The position numbers were made by a program, and so were the translations under genes. A stretch of DNA of 64,000 nt from Minisyncoccota bacterium (GTDB lineage: Bacteria > Patescibacteriota > Minisyncoccia > Phycocordibacterales > UBA2100). The first letter of the stretch is position 1; every line of letters starts with the position of its first letter. Under the pieces are notes generated by a model. It was not told the DNA's origin, ran no database searches, and saw only the letters and a list, made by a program, of their open reading frames with translations. Location of the stretch: the NCBI GenBank assembly GCA_036517335.1, contig DATDWX010000027.1, positions 24,192 through 88,191 on the forward strand, written 5' to 3'. This document shows positions 26,901 through 33,888 of this stretch, piece by piece.

Positions 26901-29733
26901 CACTACCGGCAGCATTGCGGATTTTCTGTACGATGATCTACATCGGCTCACCTCTGTTTCGTTTGCCGCTTCGTCCACGGCCACGACCACTGGTATGGAC
27001 GTGCTTGTAGTGGCAGGCGGTGGAGGAGGTGGCGGTGATGGCGGTGGGGGAGGAGGCGGTGGAGTTAAATCAGACACCGTGGCCTTTACCACCCCGCAGG
27101 CATATTCCGTGACTGTGGGTGCGGGAGGCGCAGGCGGCGTTGGCGCTGCCAGCACGCACGGAGGTCAAGGCGAGGATTCAGTCTTTAGTGGTATCACCGC
27201 ACACGGCGGTGGCTACGGTGCCGCACCCAATGGCGACACCAACCACCCAGCTGCTGGCGGCAGTGGCGGTGGCGCTTCGTACGGCAACAGCACCTCCGTC
27301 CCCACCACAGGCGGAGCCGGTACTTCTCCCGAAGGCCAAAATGGAGGCGGCGGTCTCAATGGGTCCACATACGGAGCAAGCGGAGGCGGCGGTGGCGCAG
27401 GAGCCACAGGAGCCGACTCTCCCGCGGGAGATTCGGGAGCGGGAGCGGGAGGCGTTGGCATCTCATCATCCATCAGCGGAGCGGCCACGTACTACGGCGG
27501 CGGAGGTGGAGGAGGAGCATACCAGGCAGCATACGGAGGAAATGGCGGCAGTGGAGGAGGAGGCGGCGGAGCAAGCGGCAGCGGCACGCAGGGAACGGGC
27601 GGAAGCAACGGAGGACAAAACGGCACCAGTGCGTCAAGTGGCACCGGCGGAGCAGGAGGCACCAACTCCGGCGGAGGCGGCGGAGGTGGAGGCTTTCAAT
27701 CCGACTATGGACCGGGCGGCGCGGGTGGTTCGGGCATCGTCATCATCAGCTACCCCACGGACGAAATCACCGCAACAGGCGGCAATATCACCACCTCCGG
27801 CAGCAGCACCATCCACACATTCACTTCAAGCGGCACCTTCACCATCTCCGCAATCGCAGGCGGCACCGCCACCAGTACCGTCCCCCAGTCATACGATCAA
27901 ACCTACACCTACGACTCCATAGGCAACCTCACCACCAAATCCGACGTCGGAAGTTATACCTACGCCAGCACCAACTACGCCAACCCCCACGCTCCCACCA
28001 CGGTAGCAGGCACCACCCACACATACGACACCAATGGCAATCTCACAGGAGCCTCCCCCTGGACGTACACATGGGACTACCGCAACAGGCTCACGGCTGC
28101 GGGCAACGGTGCCACGAGCACCTACGCATACGATGCCTCCGACAACCGCGTCCTCCAAGCTTCCGCCAGTGCGACCACGACGTATCCGAATAGGTACTAC
28201 TCAATCATTGGAGCAACCTCCACTGACTACTTATTCACTCCCGACGGTACTCTCCTCGCCACCGTCGAGGCAGGCATCGCCACCACGACCCGCTTTATCC
28301 ACCCCGACCACCTGGGCTCCACCAACGCCACCACCAACGCAAGCAGCTCAATCCTCCAGATCCTCGACTACTATCCGTACGGCAAAAGGAGCTTCACATC
28401 GGGCACGGATGTCAGTCAACGAGAGTTCATCGGCGAACACTTCGACGAAACTTCTTCTTTGTCCTACTTGAATGCGAGATACTATTCGGGAAGCAGAGGA
28501 CAATTTCTTTCGGAGGACCCGGTGTTCCTCGGTGATCTTAAAGGCCAGAACCTTATGGATCCACAGAGCTTGAATTCTTACTCGTACGCAAACGACAATC
28601 CGATCGTTAAAAAAGATCCAACTGGCAGATGTCCAATGTGCGCATTGGGACTGATTGGAGCTGGTGCAGGAATTGTCGGGCAATTCGGATATGATGTCTA
28701 TTCCAACGTCCAAGCAGGCGGATATCAAAATACATTCTCGAACTTCTCTAGCGGAGACGTATATCTTACTCGAGCGGCACAGGGGGCAATAGTTGGTTTT
28801 ACTGGAGGTGTGGCAGGAAGCCTCGGAATAGTTGGTCAAGCAACAGCTGTTGGAGTTGCTTCTGGCGCTGCTGGAGCAGGTGGTAATTATGTGCTCGGCC
28901 AATCCGTTACTCCGCAATCTGTTTTCTTCGATACTACTATCGGAGGATTAACTTTTGGCCTGGGGAAATTTGTTCCTGCTGTTCCGGGACGCTTGCCAAA
29001 CTTCGGTACCCAGGCCTTCTTTGCTGGCAAACATGCACAACAAAGTGCGTATCAACTTGCTTACGGATCATTCGCAAACTTCCAGAGTCAGCTCTTGGGA
29101 AGCTTTGGGAATACTCAACTGTCGCGCAATACGGTAGCGCAAAACTACAATAGTAGCGTTGGTGCGTCGGCTCCTCAAGATAAACTCTGGACTACGCCGA
29201 ACGGGGCCATCGTGACGTGGGGAGGAGGTATTGTTATTGGCCCAATGACGCAGCCTACCCCGTCTACCTCAAAGCGGATACGAAAAAGAAGGGAACGAAA
29301 TGCGGATAAAAGTGTAACAATCTATAGGGCGAACAAATTCTATGGCCTACCAGCTTTAATTATTCCGTTGCTGCTAATTATCCCACTTCTGAATTCAACA
29401 GTATCTCTCGAAAGCCGCCTTATCGGGCTCGGGATATTTTTACTTACCACACTTATGATAATACTAGTCCCATTTGGGGCACGACTAGAAATTGGGGATG
29501 ATTTTGTAAGAACCCGTCTGTTTGGACTTCGGCTCTTGGAGTTGCATCCTGCCGACATTCAAGCGATGACGTACGGGAAGCTCTTTCGCGGTGGGCTTGG
29601 GGTTGGGATGGGTATAAACATAAGAGCCATTGTTAATGGAAAAAGTAGAATTACCAGCATTGGAGAAAAGTTCTACAGCAAAGAAGCGGTTGCCCATGCA
29701 AAACGTGTTCTTGAATCTGCGGTAACGATTTAG
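20944..29733 (+). CDS. Giant secreted SpvB/FG-GAP/YD-RHS protein with two glycine-rich domains, a LamG domain and a C-terminal tip
   Basis: Signal-peptide-like N-terminus; SpvB-like PPGRSGLQPDISLDYNS/GYGW; DxNGDGLPD repeats; RKFAGF; YD repeats; RHS core DHLGST, YLNARYY, NSYSYANDNP and DPTG. Confidence 0.9.
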   Translation: MNRVPKRAFVVVLATAVIVGNAVSAYAVVIPPTAPGQSVFTIGNQTPRVDGSTGALTRHISLDIPPGRSGLQPDISLDYNSQNTEQESLVGYGWTLSIPYIQRLNKTGSQNMYGPNAYFTSSFDGELAISDTGTSTSMTVLVVAGGGGGGSDGGGGGGGGVKTVTIPITTPQAYSVTVGSGGTAGSAGAGTHGGQGGDSVFDSTTAHGGGYGAAPNGDTNHPAAGGSGGGAGYGNSTSVPTAGGAGTAGEGNNGGGGLNGVSSYGASGGGGGAGAAGADSPGGDTGAGAGGTGTSSSINGTATYYGGGGGGGGLQGAYGGNGGNGGGGGGASGSGTQGTGGSNGGANGTNSSNGTGGAGGTNSGGGGGGGGFQSDYGPGGAGGSGIVIISAPVGAITSATGGTHTTAGDNDVWTFTASGTFTIVSVADGASDSPASSTYRARVDDGSFRSYSYATSSNSWTMYDKKGTRYLFGASSQGQQSATTSPSSVYKWMLEEVRDTNDNYISYTYLKDENQIYPYQIKYTGNGVSDGPSTITIATSTRSDQAVSYKSGFKVLTAYRISQITATFNSTNVRQWALGYGTGNNGSRSLLTSIQETGWNDAGTQTTLPAATFEYVSTTTPFYGPNLGTNVVGSAYVVADSEGDGINGISILYLDGGSNKGKIISPDGNTTTNLTSPAPPEEWSNSGGGAPLPTYLADERGVRYLDVNADGKPDVVRGIKDDYAATTTKQIYENTYAATSTYGWTNGISWSGTIPEFAYKSDSTHSWTTGIFGDINGDGLPDYEESLNNTGGAITNGAYLGNGTAWDAATTTIFAAMNVMPDSVSGPTVYNPQLIDINGDSLADWVSSDSSNTYVQLNTGTGWVYDTRWIIATSTLYHSTSPGNTYYDRGIRFMDMNGDGLPDFVRAYANAPFTGSVTEPEIEVATISLVLLNTGSGWATSTAYTLAPIASPYHDSGTSWTSGVIVYNEYANWIGNGQMQQDVLATTTSSKGGSTTVSYGLTTQTSANTQLPYALLTVNSITDHDGRGSNERTDYAYSGGLQYLPSNVYDRKFAGFASTTETRPDKTTVRYYHQGTLMQTALGEQSNGYAHINHPFREDVFTPSGTSVQKTFYRWDPYTNASSTLILLGRKLEQNYASNGTHRDKDTDYAYATSTGDIIRINDFGEVSGNSNGTFSDISGDSRTTRFTYAASSSVFMSVPIQKTLLDNSSATSTDTKLYYDSLAFGSVGRGNQTMQKDWISGDTYASTTRAYNTYGLASSSTDRGGNLTSYVYDSFNLYPATSTNASSQSTRFTYNYSNGKTATTTDPNTAIAKNMYDGVGRLTEMYQSDTSNPSTLVTKATYTFTDSTSTPSLIRVTQYLNSATTTDTYTFYDGLNRPIQERKSTETAGTYATTDRIYHRVGNLASTTLPYFSSGTSLTTATSTTALYTEFLYDPLGRPTKVSNSVGSTTNTYGKWTTTTVDPNGSIKEYLLDAYGNLSQVVEHATSTATTTYTYDAAGNLALITDAASSTRAFTYDGLGRRTGAQDLHASGDATFGSWSYSYDDVGNLTSQTDPKAQVITHTFDALNRMVTEALSGSGVQITNTYDSCTYGVGRLCSASSTAALNAYEYDVLGRTSIATSTVNGTGYATVYGYDRQGNQTSITYPDKREVSYVYNAAGLMNSVSTKPVGGAYSSVLSATTYAPDGKPLTKLFGNGVETTYTYDPLLQYRLTRMLTGTNAGTSTEIVPLVSDPVAYWNLDESNGVAYDAIASNDLTNNNSVSYATGTISNAATFVAANSQSLQKLTASGLPTGSESIAAWVKFTSLPVSTWYGIVEQGNAATSSKFGLTITDDPVGADNLYSLAIDHFGGTNVYSDAWSGVATGTWYHVAATYDGTNFRWYVNGSQLGAAKGAGTQTTSGAQIVVGAMIDSSLENFLNGSVDEVGVWDNVLTQSELTALYNAGAGEAYPFGTTTVSTYGYANLIQDLNYTYDAVGNITNVTNNSTTTGSIADFLYDDLHRLTSVSFAASSTATTTGMDVLVVAGGGGGGGDGGGGGGGGVKSDTVAFTTPQAYSVTVGAGGAGGVGAASTHGGQGEDSVFSGITAHGGGYGAAPNGDTNHPAAGGSGGGASYGNSTSVPTTGGAGTSPEGQNGGGGLNGSTYGASGGGGGAGATGADSPAGDSGAGAGGVGISSSISGAATYYGGGGGGGAYQAAYGGNGGSGGGGGGASGSGTQGTGGSNGGQNGTSASSGTGGAGGTNSGGGGGGGGFQSDYGPGGAGGSGIVIISYPTDEITATGGNITTSGSSTIHTFTSSGTFTISAIAGGTATSTVPQSYDQTYTYDSIGNLTTKSDVGSYTYASTNYANPHAPTTVAGTTHTYDTNGNLTGASPWTYTWDYRNRLTAAGNGATSTYAYDASDNRVLQASASATTTYPNRYYSIIGATSTDYLFTPDGTLLATVEAGIATTTRFIHPDHLGSTNATTNASSSILQILDYYPYGKRSFTSGTDVSQREFIGEHFDETSSLSYLNARYYSGSRGQFLSEDPVFLGDLKGQNLMDPQSLNSYSYANDNPIVKKDPTGRCPMCALGLIGAGAGIVGQFGYDVYSNVQAGGYQNTFSNFSSGDVYLTRAAQGAIVGFTGGVAGSLGIVGQATAVGVASGAAGAGGNYVLGQSVTPQSVFFDTTIGGLTFGLGKFVPAVPGRLPNFGTQAFFAGKHAQQSAYQLAYGSFANFQSQLLGSFGNTQLSRNTVAQNYNSSVGASAPQDKLWTTPNGAIVTWGGGIVIGPMTQPTPSTSKRIRKRRERNADKSVTIYRANKFYGLPALIIPLLLIIPLLNSTVSLESRLIGLGIFLLTTLMIILVPFGARLEIGDDFVRTRLFGLRLLELHPADIQAMTYGKLFRGGLGVGMGINIRAIVNGKSRITSIGEKFYSKEAVAHAKRVLESAVTI
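21355..22212 (+). repeat. Glycine-rich domain copy 1 (internal duplication in the RHS gene)
   Basis: VLVVAGGGGGG...GSGIVII...TFTASGTFTI; closely similar to 26995-27846. Confidence 0.9.
26995..27846 (+). repeat. Glycine-rich domain copy 2
   Basis: Shares HGGGYGAAPNGDTNHPAAGGSGGG and FQSDYGPGGAGGSGIVIIS with copy 1. Confidence 0.9.
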
Positions 29734-29828
29734 GGATAAAGGTGTCGAAGTAAAGCTGTCAGGATAATGGTGTTAGGTACCGACCAACAAACTCAACGCA
29801 TGAAAATCTTGCCTCACATCGATAGTAT

Positions 29829-30321
29829 TCCCACCACGGTAGCAGGCACCACCCACACATACGACACCAATGGCAATCTCACAGGAGCTTCTCCGTGGAC
29901 CTACACGTGGGATTACCGCAACAGGCTCTCGGCCTCCGGCAACGGCGCCACTTCCACCTATGCCTATGACGCAAGTGACAACCGTGTCCTCCAAGCCTCC
30001 GCCAGTGCGACCACGACGTATCCGAATAGGTACTACTCAATCACTAGTGCAACAAGTACCGACTACATCTTCACCGGTGACACCCTCCTCGCCACCATCG
30101 AGGCAGGAAGCGCTGCCACCACCACCCGCTACATCCACCCCGACCACCTGGGCTCCACCAACGCCACCACCAATGCAAGTAGCTCCATCATCCAACTCCT
30201 CGACTACTACCCCTATGGCAAAAGGAGCTTCACCGCTGGCACCGACGTCAGCCAACGAGAGTTCATAGGAGAGCACTTCGACGAAACTTCGAGCCTCAGC
30301 TAATTGAATGCGAGATATTAC
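29829..30321 (+). pseudogene. Orphan RHS core fragment with premature stop
   Basis: Duplicates ~27993-28485; the first 60 bp are identical. The Tyr codon of YLNARYY is TAA at 30301-30303, and LNARYY continues after the stop. Confidence 0.88.
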
Positions 30322-30452
30322 CAAAGCACCACTAGTCATCGACTTTGTAGTGGCACGGGGACCATAATTGGGGTCCGGGCCAGGCGCGGATTAAGGCGCG
30401 CCACCATTCTCGGGGCGCACCGGGTGCTTCATGGTGCATGCAGCCGCCGGTC

Positions 30453-30461
30453 TGCTATAAT
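30453..30461 (+). promoter_or_regulatory. Extended -10 promoter (TGnTATAAT) for the TA operon, leaderless geometry
   Basis: TGCTATAAT lies 6 nt before ATG 30468. Confidence 0.7.
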
Positions 30462-30467
30462 CTGGGC

Positions 30468-30686
30468 ATGGTAAGGATACTGGAAATCGCGATCTCCAAA
30501 GCAGCCGAGCTTTCCGAGGCTGCGCAAGAGCAGCTCGGGCGGGAAATGCTCGAACGCATCGACTCCCTTGCCGAGCTTCGGACTGCGCTCGAAATAGGCA
30601 TACGTCAGCTCGACGCTGGGGAAGGGAAGCAGCGCGACATCGAAGAGGTTATCAGGCGAGCGCGCACGGCGCATGCCAAGGGCTAA
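30468..30686 (+). CDS. Putative antitoxin (ParD-like C-terminus)
   Basis: 72 aa with LRTALEIGIRQLDAGEG...DIEEV. Overlaps the downstream ParE-like gene. Confidence 0.72.
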   Translation: MVRILEIAISKAAELSEAAQEQLGREMLERIDSLAELRTALEIGIRQLDAGEGKQRDIEEVIRRARTAHAKG

Positions 30687-30993
30687 GTGCCGGCGGGTCG
30701 TCTGGTCGCCCGAAGCCGACAGCGATCTCCTGGACATCTGGACATATTACGCGCGAGTCGCATCACTTGAGATCGCGGACAATCTGCTGCGAGAAATAGA
30801 TCGGGTCGGGGAAGGGATCGGCGAAAAACCTCTCCTATCCCGCCAGCGAGACGAACTGTTGCCGGGTCTGCGATCAGTAATCGTTCGTCCGCATGTGATT
30901 TTCTTCCGGATCAAAAACAGCACTGTCGAAGTCGTTCGTGTGCTGCATGGCCGGCGGGACTTTCCGGCGATCTTCGGGAGAGACGGTGAATAG
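30673..30993 (+). CDS. RelE/ParE family toxin
   Basis: WSPEADSDLLDIW, RDELLPGLRS, HVIFFRI, VEVVRVLHGRRD. Confidence 0.9.
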   Translation: MPRAKCRRVVWSPEADSDLLDIWTYYARVASLEIADNLLREIDRVGEGIGEKPLLSRQRDELLPGLRSVIVRPHVIFFRIKNSTVEVVRVLHGRRDFPAIFGRDGE

Positions 30994-31015
30994 GGAAGTG
31001 GTGGCGCCGGGTGTC

Positions 31016-31099
31016 AACTTGACCGGAGCCTCCCCCTGGACGTACACATGGGACTGGCGCAACAGACTCACTGCTTCCAGCAACGGTGCCACCACCTAC
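31016..31099 (+). pseudogene. Second, very short RHS remnant
   Basis: Encodes NLTGASPWTYTWDWRNRLTASSNGATTY. 31025-31055 is identical to 28048-28078. Confidence 0.85.
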
Positions 31100-31126
31100 C
31101 CATAATTCGGTGATATCATTACGATC

Positions 31127-31930
31127 ATGAAGCGGCGGGTTTTGATCGGAGCTTTTGTGGTCGCCTTTCCTCTCCTTGTGCTTGCCGATGTGGCGACTTC
31201 TACAGAAGCTACATCCACTCCAGAATCAGAAGCGGTAGAATCCATAATGGACACATCGGATGCAAGTAGCACGCCGATGATTGAGCCTGAAGACATTGCA
31301 ACCACCACTGACGAATCCTCCGATACTACGTCGGAAACTGCGGGGGAACCGACCTTGCTCATTGAAGACACAACTCTTGAAGAAGATACCAGCATACCGG
31401 AGGCAGATTCTTCAGAAACCGCGCTGCCACCAGTACAGGAACTTGCCCCGATTGCCCTCGCCTCTTCCACGAGCCCTGTCGCAGACCCTGATGCATTCAG
31501 TGCGCGCATTAAAACACTGGAAGATACATACTATCTACAGCACGGAACATATCTGCAAATTTTATACGGCAACCTTTTGCCCACGTACGAATCCGGAACA
31601 GTGGCTGAAAAATTGGGTGAAACTATTCCCGACAATATGCGAGTGGATATTTATGAAGCGCCCAGCGGCCCTGGCTACCAGATCATTTTTCAGTTGGCGG
31701 GAATTGAATATTCTATAGGGAAGGGACCTGAATCACCCCGCCGCTCCTACATGATTACGCTTCCGATCGTCGCGGAACCTGCGGATCCGATTGTCGAGGA
31801 ACAGGTAGCGCCGACTGTCGAAGAATTCGCGGATCCGATAGTGGAGATAGATACAGCCACATCTAGAACTGCGACCATTTCGGTGTCCGATGCCTCGACG
31901 ACAGAACAATCGGCATCCCTAGAGCAATAG
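31127..31930 (+). CDS. Secreted acidic Ser/Thr-rich hypothetical protein
   Basis: Signal peptide MKRRVLIGAFVVAFPLLVLA; low-complexity acidic flanks around a small globular core. Confidence 0.7.
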   Translation: MKRRVLIGAFVVAFPLLVLADVATSTEATSTPESEAVESIMDTSDASSTPMIEPEDIATTTDESSDTTSETAGEPTLLIEDTTLEEDTSIPEADSSETALPPVQELAPIALASSTSPVADPDAFSARIKTLEDTYYLQHGTYLQILYGNLLPTYESGTVAEKLGETIPDNMRVDIYEAPSGPGYQIIFQLAGIEYSIGKGPESPRRSYMITLPIVAEPADPIVEEQVAPTVEEFADPIVEIDTATSRTATISVSDASTTEQSASLEQ

Positions 31931-32908
31931 CCACTCGCGGTTTTCGGGCGCGAGGTACCACTCCACCGTCTTTTTCATGCTTTGTTCAAACGTCTTTGGT
32001 GGCGCCCATCCCATGCCCGCGAGCTTCGAGCCGTCCAGCGCGTAGCGCAGGTCGTGACCCGGGCGACTCGAGTGGAAATCCACCATTTCGTATTTGAGCG
32101 GCTTGCCCACCACGCCCGCAATGAATTGCGCGAGCTCCAGATTGTCTACCTCCTTTTCTCCGACGACGTTGTATTTCTCACCCGTCTCCGCTTTCTCCAG
32201 GAGGAAGCGCACAGCCACGGCGACGTTGCGGCAGTGGATGTAGAAACGCGAGCCCGCTTTGGTTTTCTCTTTGTTGGCGTGGATCGTCACCTGCTCGCCA
32301 TTTAGTACCTTGCGAATGACCATGGGAATGAATTTCTCCGGATGTTGCCGCTCGCCGAAGACGTTCATGGTGTGCGTGATGAAGACGGGGAGCTTGTAGG
32401 TATTGGCATAGGAGAGACACATCTCTTCGCCGCCCGCCTTACTTGCCGCATAGGGATTGCCGGAGTTGTAGCGATCCCACTCCTTGTACGCCACTCCCTC
32501 CGGCGCCGGGCCAAAGACCTCGTCGGTCGAAAAGTAGAGGAATTGCTTGACGGGGTGGGCGCGCGCGTAATCGAGCAGATTGACCGTGCCGACCACATTG
32601 TCCAAGACAAATTCCATGGGATTGTCTATAGAGCGATCGACGTGCGTGGAAGCCGCGAGGTGCAATATGACGTCCACCTTGCCGAGCCGATTGGCGACGA
32701 ATTGATTGATGGGCGCCTTGAGGTCGTGAAAGGCAAAAGAGACACGGTGCTTCTCCTTTTCCCACGACTTAATGTGGGTGAGCCGATGGAAGGTTCCGGA
32801 GAGGTCGAGACGATCGAGCCCCACGATCTCCCAGTCGGTGTTTTTGAGAATATCTTCGACGATATGGTGGGCAATAAAGCCCGTCATTCCGGTGATCAAG
32901 ACACGCAT
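31919..32908 (-). CDS. NDP-sugar 4,6-dehydratase (RfbB-like paralog)
   Basis: ITGMTGFIA, HLAASTHVDRSI, STDEVFG, PYAASKA, HPEKFIP, RPGHDLRYALD. Start at ATG 32908. Confidence 0.88.
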   Translation of the reverse strand: MRVLITGMTGFIAHHIVEDILKNTDWEIVGLDRLDLSGTFHRLTHIKSWEKEKHRVSFAFHDLKAPINQFVANRLGKVDVILHLAASTHVDRSIDNPMEFVLDNVVGTVNLLDYARAHPVKQFLYFSTDEVFGPAPEGVAYKEWDRYNSGNPYAASKAGGEEMCLSYANTYKLPVFITHTMNVFGERQHPEKFIPMVIRKVLNGEQVTIHANKEKTKAGSRFYIHCRNVAVAVRFLLEKAETGEKYNVVGEKEVDNLELAQFIAGVVGKPLKYEMVDFHSSRPGHDLRYALDGSKLAGMGWAPPKTFEQSMKKTVEWYLAPENREWLLL

Positions 32909-32945
32909 AGTGGCCAGCATATCACAGGCGTCTCTTAGCGGGACA

Positions 32946-33051
32946 TACTCCCTCGCAACATATTTTGTGGGGTCGCGATTTTTCTGTTGAAAAATCTCTC
33001 CCTTTTGCGCCGCCGCGCTCAAGAGACCCCAAAAATACGTTGCGAGGGGTA
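32946..33051. repeat. ~105-bp intergenic element with long imperfect terminal inverted repeats
   Basis: CCCTCGCAACATATTTTGTGGGGTC pairs with GACCCCAAAAATACGTTGCGAGGG; inner hairpin GATTTTTC/GAAAAATC. Confidence 0.75.
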
Positions 33052-33064
33052 GACGTTGTCCTGT

Positions 33065-33763
33065 TCACTTCCCGAAGATCTTGCGCTGAACTCTTTGGGC
33101 TAATTGGTGGAGCTTGAATCGCGCATCTCCCTCCGGGTACTGCTCACGCCCAAAGTGCTGTTCCTTCATTTGCTTGTACAACAAACACATGCTTGGATAG
33201 AAATGCATCTCGCTAATTTCTTTACTTTCTATCCCCGGCCTGCCTTCGGCTCGTCCGGTCTTGCTCGCCGCGGAATTGAGCGTGTGCGTGAGGCTCGCGA
33301 GATATTCCATAGTGGTGGGAGTGCGATCGAGGAATTCGGGCCAGTACGACGTGTGGAGGTCTTCAATAACGTATATGCCACCGGGATTCAAGAGCGGGAA
33401 GAGCACTTCGAAGCTTATTTGCTGTTGGCTCATCGTGTGTCCACCATCATCGATGATGATGTCGTAATTCTTGAACTGGCTAAGGAATGCGCGGTCGCTC
33501 TGATCGCCGATCTTTATGGATACGCGTGCACCAGCGTGTATCTTGCACATCGGGTCGATGTCGACACCGGTGATATGGGCATAAGGAAAATACTTTGCCC
33601 ACATCTCTACCGAGCCGCCGTATTGCACGCCGATCTCGAGGATGTTGAGTTTCCTTTCGCGGATTGCCCTGAAGTGCTTGTCGTACACTTCAAAATAATC
33701 GGAGTGTTTCCGCGAATGATGATCAAAACTCTTGAGTGGGTGCTCCTGTGCGGGCTCGGCCAT
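33065..33763 (-). CDS. SAM-dependent sugar O-methyltransferase-like protein
   Basis: YFEVYDKHF, ILEIGVQYGGS, GDQSD, DIIIDDGGH, GGIYVIEDLHTSYW. Confidence 0.85.
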   Translation of the reverse strand: MAEPAQEHPLKSFDHHSRKHSDYFEVYDKHFRAIRERKLNILEIGVQYGGSVEMWAKYFPYAHITGVDIDPMCKIHAGARVSIKIGDQSDRAFLSQFKNYDIIIDDGGHTMSQQQISFEVLFPLLNPGGIYVIEDLHTSYWPEFLDRTPTTMEYLASLTHTLNSAASKTGRAEGRPGIESKEISEMHFYPSMCLLYKQMKEQHFGREQYPEGDARFKLHQLAQRVQRKIFGK

Positions 33764-33780
33764 ATAACGATGTAGTGTAT

Positions 33781-33848
33781 ACCACCTACCGAAGGGTCGC
33801 ACGTTCACGCAGCTGCGCTCAGCACTTCCTCGCTCGACACTCGGTCAC
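33781..33848 (-). repeat. Dispersed repeat family B, intergenic copy
   Basis: Reverse complement GACCGAGTGTCGAGCGAGGAAGTGCTGA...TGAACGTGCG...CCTTCGG matches 54771-54833. Confidence 0.75.
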
Positions 33849-33888
33849 TCATTGTTTATCGGGCGCAGTGTTGCTATTCTGCCTTTTA

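Noticed and set aside
29767-30303. 178-aa ORF as a functional RHS protein
   Set aside because: The N-terminus is unrelated sequence and the core is cut by a stop before the DPxG motif, so it was treated as a pseudogene.
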